Source: Candidatus Rariloculaceae bacterium (GTDB lineage Bacteria > Pseudomonadota > Gammaproteobacteria > Steroidobacterales > Rariloculaceae). Taken from it: a DNA stretch of 64,000 nucleotides. Under the pieces are notes generated by a model. It was not told the origin of the DNA. It ran no database searches and was given only the letters and a program-made list of their open reading frames with translations. This document shows, piece after piece, positions 1-10,700 of this stretch. The stretch spans positions 519,989 through 583,988 of the forward strand of contig OZ250159.1 of assembly GCA_965237785.1 (NCBI GenBank), in the 5' to 3' direction. A program made the position numbers and the translations under genes. Position 1 is the stretch's first letter. Each line of letters opens with the position of its first letter.

Positions 1-3000
1 GTGACCGTCACCGTGGCGTCGGCGGTGCCGGCCTCGGCGGTGTCCGGCGTGCCGCCGATCGCGCCCGTGCCCGGGTCGATGCTCAGCCCCGACGGCAGCC
101 CTTCGGCGCTGTACGCGTCGATGCCGCTGCCCCCGGACGGATTCATCGCCTCCATCGGCACACCCACCGTCAGCGACTCCGGCGCCGTGTAGCCCGGCGC
201 CTGCGGCGCCACCAGGTCCACCGTTAGCGTGCGCGCCACGTCATCGGGCGAGCTGAACCCGGTCTTGGCCGCCGACACGCTCACGGCCACGCTCGTGCCC
301 GTGATGTAGGCGGCATCCGCCGGCACGCCCACCGACCAGGCGGCGGTGCCGGCGTCATCGGCCGAGGTGGCGGTCAAGGCGATGGCGCCGATCCCGACGG
401 TCACGGTCACACCGGTCTCGGTTCCGGTGTCGCCGGCAATGGCGAACCCGGACGCCTTCTCGGCGATGTTGATCGTGTCGTCCGTGGCGATGGCGTTCAC
501 GTTCAGCACCAGCGTGCCGGAGGGCTGCACCGTGACGGTGAACGCGGCGCTGGCTTCGTTGTAGTCGGCCGTGCCCGCCGCCGTGACCGTGACGACGCAC
601 TGCCCGGCGCCCACCAGGGTAAGCGCGCCGGTGGCGGCGACGACCGTGCATACGGTGTCCGGGCTCGCCGAGTAGCTCAGCGCCCCCCGCTCCCCGGTGG
701 GGGGCGTGACGGCGGGCGCGGCGTCACCGTACCTCACCGAGGCGGCGCCGTACTGGAACCCGGCGAGCGCCTGGTCGCCCTTCTCCACCGCCGGGAACGC
801 GATGTCCACCGTGGCCGGGTTGCCCGCGGTGTCGGTGACCGTCACCGTGGCGTCGGCGGCGCCGGCCTCGGCCGTGTCCGGCGTGCCGCCGATCGCGCCC
901 GTGCCCGGGTCGATGCTCAGCCCCGGCGGAAGCCCCGGGGCGCTGTATTCCTCGATGCCGGCCCCGCCGGTCGGATTCATCGGCGCGATCGGCACACCCA
1001 CCGTCAGCGAACCCGGGGCCGTGTAGGCGGGCGGCGTCGGTGCCACCAGGTCCACCGTCAGCGTGCGCTGCTCCGCGGAGGGGGATGCAAAACCGGTCTT
1101 GGCCGCCGACACGCTCACCGCCACGCTCGTGCCGGTTATATAGGCGGCATCCGCCGGCACGCCCACCGACCAGGCGGCGGTGCCGGCGTCATCGGCCGAG
1201 GTGGCGGTCAAGGCGATGGCGCCGATCCCGACGGTCACGGTCACGCCGGTCTCGGTTCCGGTGTCGCCGGTAATGGCGAACCCGGCCGTCCGCTCGGCGA
1301 TGTTGATCGTGTCGTCGCCGGCGATGGCCGGGACGTTCAGCACCAGCGTGGCGGTGGGCTGCACCGTCACCGTGAACGCGGCGCTGGCCTCGTTGTAGTC
1401 GGCCGTGGACGCCGCCGTCACGGTGACGACGCATTCCCCGGCGTCCACCAGGGCGAGCGCGCCGCTGCCCGGATCCACCGTGCACACCGTCGCGGGCGCG
1501 GCCGAGTAGCTCAACGCCCCCCGCTCCCCGGTGGGGGGCGTGACGGCGGGCGCGGCGTCACCGTACCTCACCGAGGCCGCGCCGTACCGGAACCCGGCGA
1601 GCGCCTGGTCGCCCTTGGCCACCGCCGGGAACGCGATGTCCACCGTGGCCGGGTTGCCCGCGGTGTCGGTGACCGTCACCCTCGCCAAAGCCGTGCTGGC
1701 GTTCGCCGTGCCGGGCGTGCCGTCGATCGCGCCGGTGGCGGTGTCGATGCCAAGCCCCGGCGGCAGCCCCGTGGCATCGTGGGCCGCCACGTCCACGCCG
1801 CCGCTCGGATTCATCGCCGCGATCGGCACGCCCACCGTCAGCGAATTCGGCGCCGTGTAGCCCGGCGGCGTCGGCGCCACCAGGTCCACCGTCAGCGCGC
1901 GCTGCTCCGCACTCGGCGGGGTATAACCGGTCTTCGAGGCGTTCACCGCTACCGCCACGCCTGTGCCCGCGATGTACGACGCATTCCCCGGCACGCTCAC
2001 CGACCAGGTCGCCGGATTCGCATCGGCGGAGGCGGCCGTCAGATCCGTGCCGCCCACTGTCACGGTCACGTCCACCCCGCCCTCCGAACCGGTGTCGCCG
2101 CTAATGGCGAACCCGGACGCCTTCTCGGCGATGTTGACGGTGCCGTCACCGGCAATGGCCGAGACGTTCAGCACCAGCGTGGCGGCGGGCTGCACCGTGA
2201 CGGTGAACGTGTCGCTGGCTTCGTTGTAATCGTCGGTGCCCGCCGCCGTGACCGTGATGACGCACTGCCCGGCGCCCACCAGGGTGAGCGCGCCGGTGGC
2301 GGCGACGACCGTGCATACGGTGTCCGGGCTCGCCGAGTAGCTCAGCGCCCCCCGCTCCCCGGTGGGGGGCGTGACGGCGGGCGCGGCGTCACCGTACCTC
2401 ACCGAGGCGGCGCCGTACTGGAACCCGGCGAGCGCCTGGTCGCCCTTGTCCACCGCCGGGAACGCGATGTCCACCGTGGCCGGGTTGCCCGCGGTGTCGG
2501 TGACCGTCACCCTCGCCAAAGCCGTGCTGGCGTTCGCCGTGCCGGGCGTGCCGTCGATCGCGCCGCTGGCGGTGTCGATGCCCAGCCCCGGCGGCAGCCC
2601 CGTGGCATCGTGGGCCGCCACGTCCACGCCGCCGCTCGGACCGTCAGCGCGCGCCGCTCCGCGGAGGGGGAGGTAAAACCGGTCGTTCATCGCCGCGATC
2701 GGCACGCTCACCGTCAGCGAACCCGGGGCCGTGTAGGCGGGTGGCGTCGGCGCCACCAGGTCCACCGTCAGCGTGCGCCGCTCCGCACCCGGCGGGGTAT
2801 AACCGGTCTTCGAGGCGTTCACCGCCACCGCCACGCCCGTGCCCGCGATGTACGACGCGTTCCCCGGCACGCTCACCGACCAGACGCCGGCGCCGTCGGA
2901 CGTCACGCCATCGAGGGTGGTGGCGCCGATCCCGACGATCACCGTCACGCCGGTCTCGGTTCCGGTGTCGCCGGTGATGGCGAACCCGGCCAACCTCTCG

Positions 3001-5193
3001 GCGATGTTGATCGTGTTGTCGCCGGCAATGGCGTTCACGTTCAGCGCCAACTGGTCGATGGCCTGCACCGTGACGGTGAACGTGTCGCTGGCTTCGTTGT
3101 AATCGTCGGTGCCCGCCGCCGTGACCGTGACGACGCAGTCCCCGGCGCCCACCAGGACAAGCGCGCCGGTGGCGGCGACGACCGTGCATACGGTGTCCGG
3201 GCTCGCCGAGTAGCTCAGCGCCCCCCGCTCCCCGGTGGGGGGCGTGACGGCGGGGGCGGTCGCTCCGTACCTCACCGAGGCGGCGCTGTACTGGAACCCG
3301 GCGAGCGCCTGGTCGCCCTTGTCCACCGCCGGGAACGCGATGACCACCGTGTCGGCGTTGCCGGCGCTGTCGCTCACCGTCACCGTGACGTTGGCGGCGC
3401 CGGCCTCGGCCGTGTCCGGCGTGCCGCCGATCGCGCCCGTGGTCGCGTGAATGCTCAACCCGGAGGGCAGCCTCGGGGCGGCGTAGGCGGCGATGTCGGC
3501 GCCGCCGCTCGGATTCATCGCCGCGATCGGCACGCCCACCGTCAGCGAACCCGGGGCCGTGTAGCCCGGCGGCGTCGGCGGCACCAGGTCTACCGTCAGC
3601 GCGCGCCGCTCCGCGGAGGGGGATGTAAAACCGGTCTTGGAGGCGTTCACCGCCACGGCCACGTTCGTGCCCGCGATGTAGGCGGCATCCGCCGGCACGC
3701 TCACCGACCAGGTCGCCGGATTCGCATCGGCGGAGGCGGCCGTCAGATCCGTGCCGCCCACCGTCACCGTCACGTCCACCCCGCCCTCCGAACCGGTGTC
3801 GCCGCTAATGGCGAACCCGGACGCCTTCTCGGCGATGTTGACGGTGCCGTCACCGGCAATGGCCGAGACGTTCAGCACCAGCGTGGCGGCGGGCTGCACC
3901 GTGACGGTGAACGTGTCGCTGGCTTCGTTGTAATCGTCGGTGCCCGCCGCCGTGACCGTGACGACGCAGTCCCCGGCGCCCACCAGGACAAGCGCGCCGG
4001 TGGCGGCGACGACCGTGCATACGGTGTCCGGGCTCGCCGAGTAGCTCAGCGCCCCCCGCTCCCCGGTGGGGGGCGTGACGGCGGGGGCGGTCGCTCCGTA
4101 CCTCACCGAGGCGGCGCTGTACTGGAACCCGGCGAGCGCCTGGTCGCCCTTGTCCACCGCCGGGAACGCGATATCCACCGTGGCCGGGTTGCCGGCGGTG
4201 TCCGTGGCCGTCACCGTCGCCAGCCCCCGGCGGTGTCCGTGGCCGTCAGCCGTGCTGGCGTTCGCCGTGCCGGGCGTGCCGCCGATCGCGCCCGTGGTCG
4301 CGTGAATGCTCAACCCCGAGGGCAGCCCCGGGGCGGCGTAGGCGGCGATGCCGGCGCCGCCGGATGGATTCATCGCCGCGATCGGCACGCCCACCGTCAG
4401 CGAACCCGGGGCCGTGTAGCCCGGCGGCGTCGGCGGCACCAGGTCTACCGTCAGCGCGCGCCGCTCCGCGGAGGGGGATGTAAAACCGGTCTTGGAGGCG
4501 TTCACCGCCACGGCCACGTTCGTGCCCGCGATGTAGGCGGCATCCGCCGGCACGCTCACCGACCAGGTCGCCGGATTCGCATCGGCGGAGGCGGCCGTCA
4601 GATCCGTGCCGCCCACCGTCACCGTCACGTCCACCCCGCCCTCCGAACCGGTGTCGCCGCTAATGGCGAACCCGGACGCCTTCTCGGCGATGTTGACGGT
4701 GCCGTCACCGGCAATGGCCGAGACGTTCAGCACCAGCGTGGCGGCGGGCTGCACCGTGACGGTGAACGTGTCGCTGGCTTCGTTGTAATCGTCGGTGCCC
4801 GCCGCCGTGACCGTGACGACGCAGTCCCCGGCGCCCACCAGGACAAGCGCGCCGGTGGCGGCGACGACCGTGCATACGGTGTCCGGGCTCGCCGAGTAGC
4901 TCAGCGCCCCCCGCTCCCCGGTGGGGGGCGTGACGGCGGGGGCGGTCGCTCCGTACCTCACCGAGGCGGCGCTGTACTGGAACCCGGCGAGCGCCTGGTC
5001 GCCCTTGTCCACCGCCGGGAACGCGATATCCACCGTGGCCGGGTTGCCGGCGGTGTCCGTGGCCGTCACCGTCGCCAAAGCCGTGCTGGCGTTCGCCGTG
5101 CCGGGCGTGCCGCCGATCGCGCCCGTGGTCGCGTGAATGCTCAACCCCGAGGGCAGCCCCGGGGCGGCGTAGGCGGCGATGCCGGCGCCGCCG
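1..5193 (-). CDS. Giant repeat adhesin, distal tandem-repeat portion (3' end leaves the window at the left edge)
   Basis: Hand translation of the minus strand at 4261-4500 and 2581-2820 (codon first bases = 2 mod 3) gives the same module as the upstream ORF (ASKTGFTSPSAERRALTVDLVPPTPPGYTAPGSLTVGVPIAAMNPSGGAGIAAYAAPGLPSGLSIHATTGAIGGTP). The track lists no stop-bounded minus ORF in this frame below 5141, consistent with an open frame leaving the window. Measured unit lengths (834, 876, 831, 855 bp) are all multiples of 3. Confidence 0.7.
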
Positions 5194-7701
5194 ATGGATT
5201 CATCGCCGCGATCGGCACGCCCACCGTCAGCGAACCCGGGGCCGTGTAGCCCGGCGGCGTCGGCGGCACCAGGTCTACCGTCAGCGCGCGCCGCTCCGCG
5301 GAGGGGGATGTAAAACCGGTCTTGGAGGCGTTCACCGCCACGGCCACGTTCGTGCCCGCGATGTAGGCGGCATCCGCCGGCACGCTCACCGACCAGGTCG
5401 CCGGATTCGCATCGGCGGAGGCGGCCGTCAGATCCGTGCCGCCCACCGTCACCGTCACGTCCACCCCGCCCTCCGAACCGGTGTCGCCGCTAATGGCGAA
5501 CCCGGACGCCTTCTCGGCGATGTTGACGGTGCCGTCACCGGCAATGGCCGAGACGTTCAGCACCAGCGTGGCGGCGGGCTGCACCGTGACGGTGAACGTG
5601 TCGCTGGCTTCGTTGTAATCGTCGGTGCCCGCCGCCGTGACCGTGATGACGCACTGCCCGGCGCCCACCAGGGTGAGCGCGCCGGTGGCGGCGACGACCG
5701 TGCATACGGTGTCCGGGCTCGCCGAGTAGCTCAGCGCCCCCCGCTCCCCGGTGGGGGGCGTGACGGCGGGCGCGGCGTCACCGTACCTCACCGAGGCGGC
5801 GCCGTACTGGAACCCGGCGAGCGCCTGGTCGCCCTTGTCCACCGCCGGGAACGCGATGTCCACCGTGGCCGGGTTGCCCGCGGTGTCGGTGACCGTCACC
5901 CTCGCCAAAGCCGTGCTGGCGTTCGCCGTGCCGGGCGTGCCGTCGATCGCGCCGCTGGCCGTGTCGATGCCCAGCCCCGGCGGCAGCCCCGTGGCATCGT
6001 GGGCCGCCACGTCCACGCCGCCGCTCGGATTCATCGCCGCGATCGGCACGCCCACCGTCAGCGAACTCGGGGCCGTGTAGCCCGGCGGCGTCGGCGCCAC
6101 CAGGTCCACCGTCAGCGCGCGCCGCTCCGCGGAGCGGGGATGTAAAACCGGTCTTGGAGGCGGTCACCGCCACCGCCACGCTCGTGCCCGCGATGTAGGC
6201 GGCATCCGCCGGCACGCTCACCGACCAGGTCGCCGGATTCGCGGTGGAGGAGGTCGCCGTCAGGTTCGTCCCCCCCACCGTCACCGTCACGTCCACCCCG
6301 CCCTCCGAACCGGTGTCGCCGCTAATGGCGAACCCGGACGCCTTCTCGGCGATGTTGACGGTGCCGTCACCGGCAATGGCCGAGACGTTCAGCACCAGCG
6401 TGGCGGCGGGCTGCACCGCGACGGTGAACGTGTCGCTGGCTTCGTTGTAATCGTCGGTGCCCGCCGCCGTGACCGTGACGACGCAGTCCCCGGCGCCCAC
6501 CAGGGTGAGCGCGCCGGTGGCCGCGACGACCGTGCATACGGTGTCCGGGCTCGCCGAGTAGCTCAGCGCCCCCCGCTCCCCGGTGGGGGGCGTGACGGCG
6601 GGCGCGGCGCACCGTACCTCACCGAGGCGGCGCTGTACTGGAACCCGCTCGAGCGTCTGGTCGCCCTTGTCCACCGCCGGGAACGCGATGACCACCGTGG
6701 CCGGGTTGCCGGCGCTGTCGCTCACCGTCACCGTCACCTCGGCGGTGTCGGCGTCGGCCGTGTCCGGCGTGCCGTCGATCGCGCCGGTGGCGGTGTCGAT
6801 GCTCCAGCCCCGGCGGCAGCCCCGGGGCGTCGTAGGCCGCGATGCCGACGCCGCCGCTCGGATTCATCGCCGCGATCGGCACACCCACCGTCAGCGAACC
6901 CGGGGCCGTGTAGGCGGGCGGCGTCGGCGCCACCAGGTCCACCGTCAGCGCGCGCCGCTCCGCACTCGGCGGGGTATAACCGGTCTTCGAGGCGTTCACC
7001 GCCACGGCCACGCTCGTGCCCGCGATGTACGACGCGTTCCCCGGCACGCTCACCGACCAGGTCGCCGGATTCGCATCGGCGGAGGCGGCCGTCAGATCCG
7101 TGCCGCCCACCGTCACCGTCACGTCCACCCCGCCCTCCGAACCGGTGTCGCCGCTAATGGCGAACCCGGACGCCTTCTCGGCGATGTTGATCGTGTCGTC
7201 CGTGGCGATGGCGTTCACGTTCAGCACCAGCGTGTCGGTGGCCTGCACCGTGACGGTGAACGTGTCGCTGGCTTCGTTGTAATCGTCGGTGCCCGCCGCC
7301 GTGACCGTGACGACGCAGTCCCCGGCGCCCACCAGGGACAAGCGCGCCGGTGGCGGCGACGACCGTGCATACGGTGTCCGGGCTCGCCGAGTAGCTCAGC
7401 GCCCCCCGCTCCCCGGTGGGGGGCGTGACGGTGGGCGCGGCGGCGCCGTACTCCACCGAGGCGGTGCTGTACTGGAACCCGGCGAGCGCCTGGTCGCCCT
7501 TGTCCACCGCCGGGAACGCGATGATCCACCGTGGCCGGGTTGCCGGCGCTGTCGCTCACCGTCACCGTGACGCCAAAGCGGCGCCGGCCTCGGCCGTGTC
7601 CGGGCGTGCCGTCGATCGCGCCCGTGGTCGCGTGAATGCTCAACCCCGGCGGCAGCCCCGTGGCATCGTAGGCGGCGCCATGCCGGCGCCGCCGCTCGGA
7701 T
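5194..7701 (-). pseudogene. Same adhesin repeat array, coding frame broken by at least six frame changes (true decay or assembly/consensus error)
   Basis: The repeat-module translation is split over minus ORFs 7221..7643, 7154..7507, 6619..7341, 5778..6737 and 5141..6109, in frames 2,1,0,2,1 (mod 3). Small indels relative to sister units are visible. Examples: gtaggcccggcgg at 7755-7770 versus gtagcccggcgg, ccgatggatt at about 5193 versus ccggatggatt in the 4360 copy, and compensating indels at 6600-6650. Confidence 0.6.
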
Positions 7702-10700
7702 TCATCGCCGCGATCGGCACGCGTTCACGTCACCGTCAGCGAACTCGGGGCCGTGTAGGCCCGGCGGCGTCGGCGCCACCAGGTCCACCGTCAGCGTGCG
7801 CCGCTCCGCACCCGGCGGGGTATAACCGGTCTTCGAGGCGTTCACCGCCACGGCCACGCTCGTGCCCGCGATGTACGACGCGTTCCCCGGCACGCTCACC
7901 GACCAGGTCGCCGGATTCGCCGTCGGCGTCACGCGGTCGTCAGATCCGTGGCGCCCACCGTCACCGTCACCGTCCACCCCGCCCTCCGAACCGGTGTCGC
8001 CGCTAATGGCGAACCCGGACGCCTTCTCGGCGATGTTGATCGTGTTGTCGCCGGCAATGGCGTTCACGTTCAGCGCCAACTGGTCGATGGCCTGCACCGT
8101 GACGGTGAACGTGTCGCTGGCTTCGTTGTAATCGTCGGTGCCCGCCGCCGTGACCGTGACGACGCAGTCCCCGGCGCCCACCAGGGTCAGCGCGCCGGTG
8201 GCGGCGACCACCGTGCACACCATGGCGGGCGTGGCCGAGTAGCTCAACGTCGTCCGCTCGCCGGTGGGCTCAGTGACGGTGGGCGCGGCGGCGCCGTACT
8301 CCACCGAGGCGCTGCTGTACTGGAACCCGGCGAGCGTCTGATCGCCCTTGCCCACCGCCGGGAACGCGATGTCCACCGTGTCGGCGTTGCCGGCGCTGTC
8401 GCTCACCGTCACCGTCACCTCGGCGGTGTCGGCGTCGGCCGTGTCCGGCGTGCCGCCGATCGCGCCGGTGGCGGTGTCGATGCCCAGTCCCGACGGCAGT
8501 CCGGGGGCGGCGTATTCATCGATGCCGGCGCCGCCGCTCGGATTCATCGCCGCGATCGGCACACCCACCGTCAGCGAACCCGGGGCCGTGTAGGCGGGCG
8601 GCGTCGGCGCCACCAGGTCCACCGTCAGCGTGCGCTGCTCCGCACTCGGCGGGCTATAACCGGTCTTCGAGGCGTTCACCGCCACGGCCACGCTCGTGCC
8701 CGCGATGTACGACGCGTTCCCCGGCACGCTCACCGACCAGGTCGCCGGATTCGCATCGGCGGAGGCGGTCGTCAGATCCGTGCCGCCCACCGTCACCGTC
8801 ACGTCCACCCCGCCCTCCGAACCGGTGTCGCCGCTAATGGCGAACCCGGACGCCTTCTCCGCGATGTTGATCGTGTTGTCGCCGGCAATGGCGTTCACGT
8901 TCAGCGCCAACTGGTCGATGGCCTGCACCGTGACGGTGAACGTGTCGCTGGCTTCGTTGTAATCGTCGGTGCCCGCCGCCGTGACCGTGACGACGCAGTC
9001 CCCGGCGCCCACCAGGGTCAGCGCGCCGGTGGCGGCGACCACCGTGCACACCATGGCGGGCGTGGCCGAGTAGCTCAACGTCGTCCGCTCGCCGGTGGGC
9101 TCAGTAACGGTGGGCGCGGCGGCGCCGTACTCCACCGAGGCGCTGCTGTACTGGAACCCGGCGAGCGTCTGGTCGCCCTTGTCCACCGCCGGGAACGCGA
9201 TGTCCACCGTGTCGGCGTTGCCGGCGCTGTCGCTCACCGTCACCGTCACCTCGGCGGTGTCGGCGTCGGCCGTGTCCGGCGTGCCGCCGATCGCGCCGGT
9301 GGCGGTGTCGATGCCCAGTCCCGACGGCAGTCCGGGGGCGGCGTATTCATCGATGCCGGCGCCGCCGGATGGATTCATCGCCGCGATCGGCACACCCACC
9401 GTCAGCGAACCCGGGGCCGTGTAGGCGGGCGGCGTCGGTGCCACCAGGTCCACCGTCAGCGTGCGCTGCTCCGCACTCGGCGAGCTATAACCGGTCTTCG
9501 AGGCGTTCACCGCCACGGCCACGCTCGTGCCCGCGATGTACGACGCGTTCCCCGGCACGCTCACCGACCAGGTCGCCGGATTCGCATCGGCGGAGGCGGC
9601 CGTCAGATCCGTGCCGCCCACCGTCACCGTCACGTCCACCCCGCCCTCCGAACCGGTGTCGCCGCTAATGGCGAACCCGGACGCCTTCTCGGCGATGTTG
9701 ATCGTGTCGTCCGTGGCGATGGCGTTCACGTTCAGCACCAGCGTGCCGGTGGGCTGCACCGCGACGGTGAACGTGTCGGTGGCTTCGTTGTAGTCGGCCG
9801 TACCCGCCGCCGTGACCGTGACGACGCACTGCCCAGCGCCCACCAGGACAAGCGCGCCGGTGGCGGCGACCACCGTGCACACCGTGGCGGGCGTGGCCGA
9901 GTAGCTCAACGTCGTCCGCTCGCCAGTGGGCTCAGTAACGGTGGGCGCGGCGGCGCCGTACTCCACCGAGGCGGTGCTGTACTGGAACCCGGCGAGCGTC
10001 TGGTCGCCCTTGTCCACCGCCGGGAACGCGATATCCACCGTGGCCGGGTTGCCGGCGGTGTCCGTGGCCGTCACCCTCGCCAAAGCCGTGCTGGCGTTCG
10101 CCGTGCCGGGCGTGCCGTCGATCGCGCCCGTGGTCGCGTGAATGCTCAACCCCGAGGGCAGCCCCGGGGCGGCGTAGGCGGCGATGCCGGCGCCGCCGCT
10201 CGGATTCATCGCCGCGATCGGCACACCCACCTGCAGCGACTCCGGCGCCGTGTAGGTGGGCGCCTGCGGCGCGACCAGGTCCACCGTCAGCGTGCGCGTC
10301 ACGTCACTGGGCGAGGCGACCCCGGTCTTGGCCGCCGACACGCTCACCGCCACGCTCGTGCCGGTTATATAGGCGGCATCAGCCGGCACGCTCACCGACC
10401 AGGCGGCGGTGCCGGCGTCATCGGCCGAGGTGGCGGTCAACGTGGCGCCGCCGATCCCGACGGTCACGGTCACACCGCCCTCCGAACCGGTGTCGCCGCT
10501 AATGGCGAACCCGGCCGACCTCTCGGCGATGTTGATCGTGTCGTCGCCGGCAATGGCGTTCACGTTCAGCGCCAGCTCGTCCTCGTCGTTCACGGTCACC
10601 GTCGCCTCGGTCGTCGACCCGTCCAGCGAGTAGGCGGTGCCCGCCTGCACGGTCGCGGTGATCGAGCCGTCGGCCTCGTCGACATCGTCGTCGTCGATCG

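Larger units (their letters stand above)
1..10580 (-). repeat. Tandem array of 13 coding units of about 830-876 bp (about 277-292 aa each; three Ig-like subdomains per unit); the last unit is cut by the window edge
   Basis: The marker aatggcgaacccgg recurs near 438, 1272, 2103, 2975, 3807, 4662, 5492, 6323, 7156, 8006, 8836, 9667 and 10501. Antisense track ORFs 3751, 4606 and 5436 have identical translations, as do 8003/8834, showing near-identity of neighbouring units. Confidence 0.95.

Noticed and set aside
1779-5249. Very long plus-strand ORFs antisense to the adhesin (1779..5249 at 1156 aa, 7948..11058 at 1036 aa, 11401..14688 at 1095 aa, and the many MGGVTAGA / MPAMYDAF ORFs)
   Set aside because: They are Arg/Gly/His-rich with low complexity and are periodic only because they mirror the repeats. 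The minus strand gives clean domain-like translation (cadherin, FN3, Calx-beta, Ig-like). Stop-free antisense frames are expected at this GC content.
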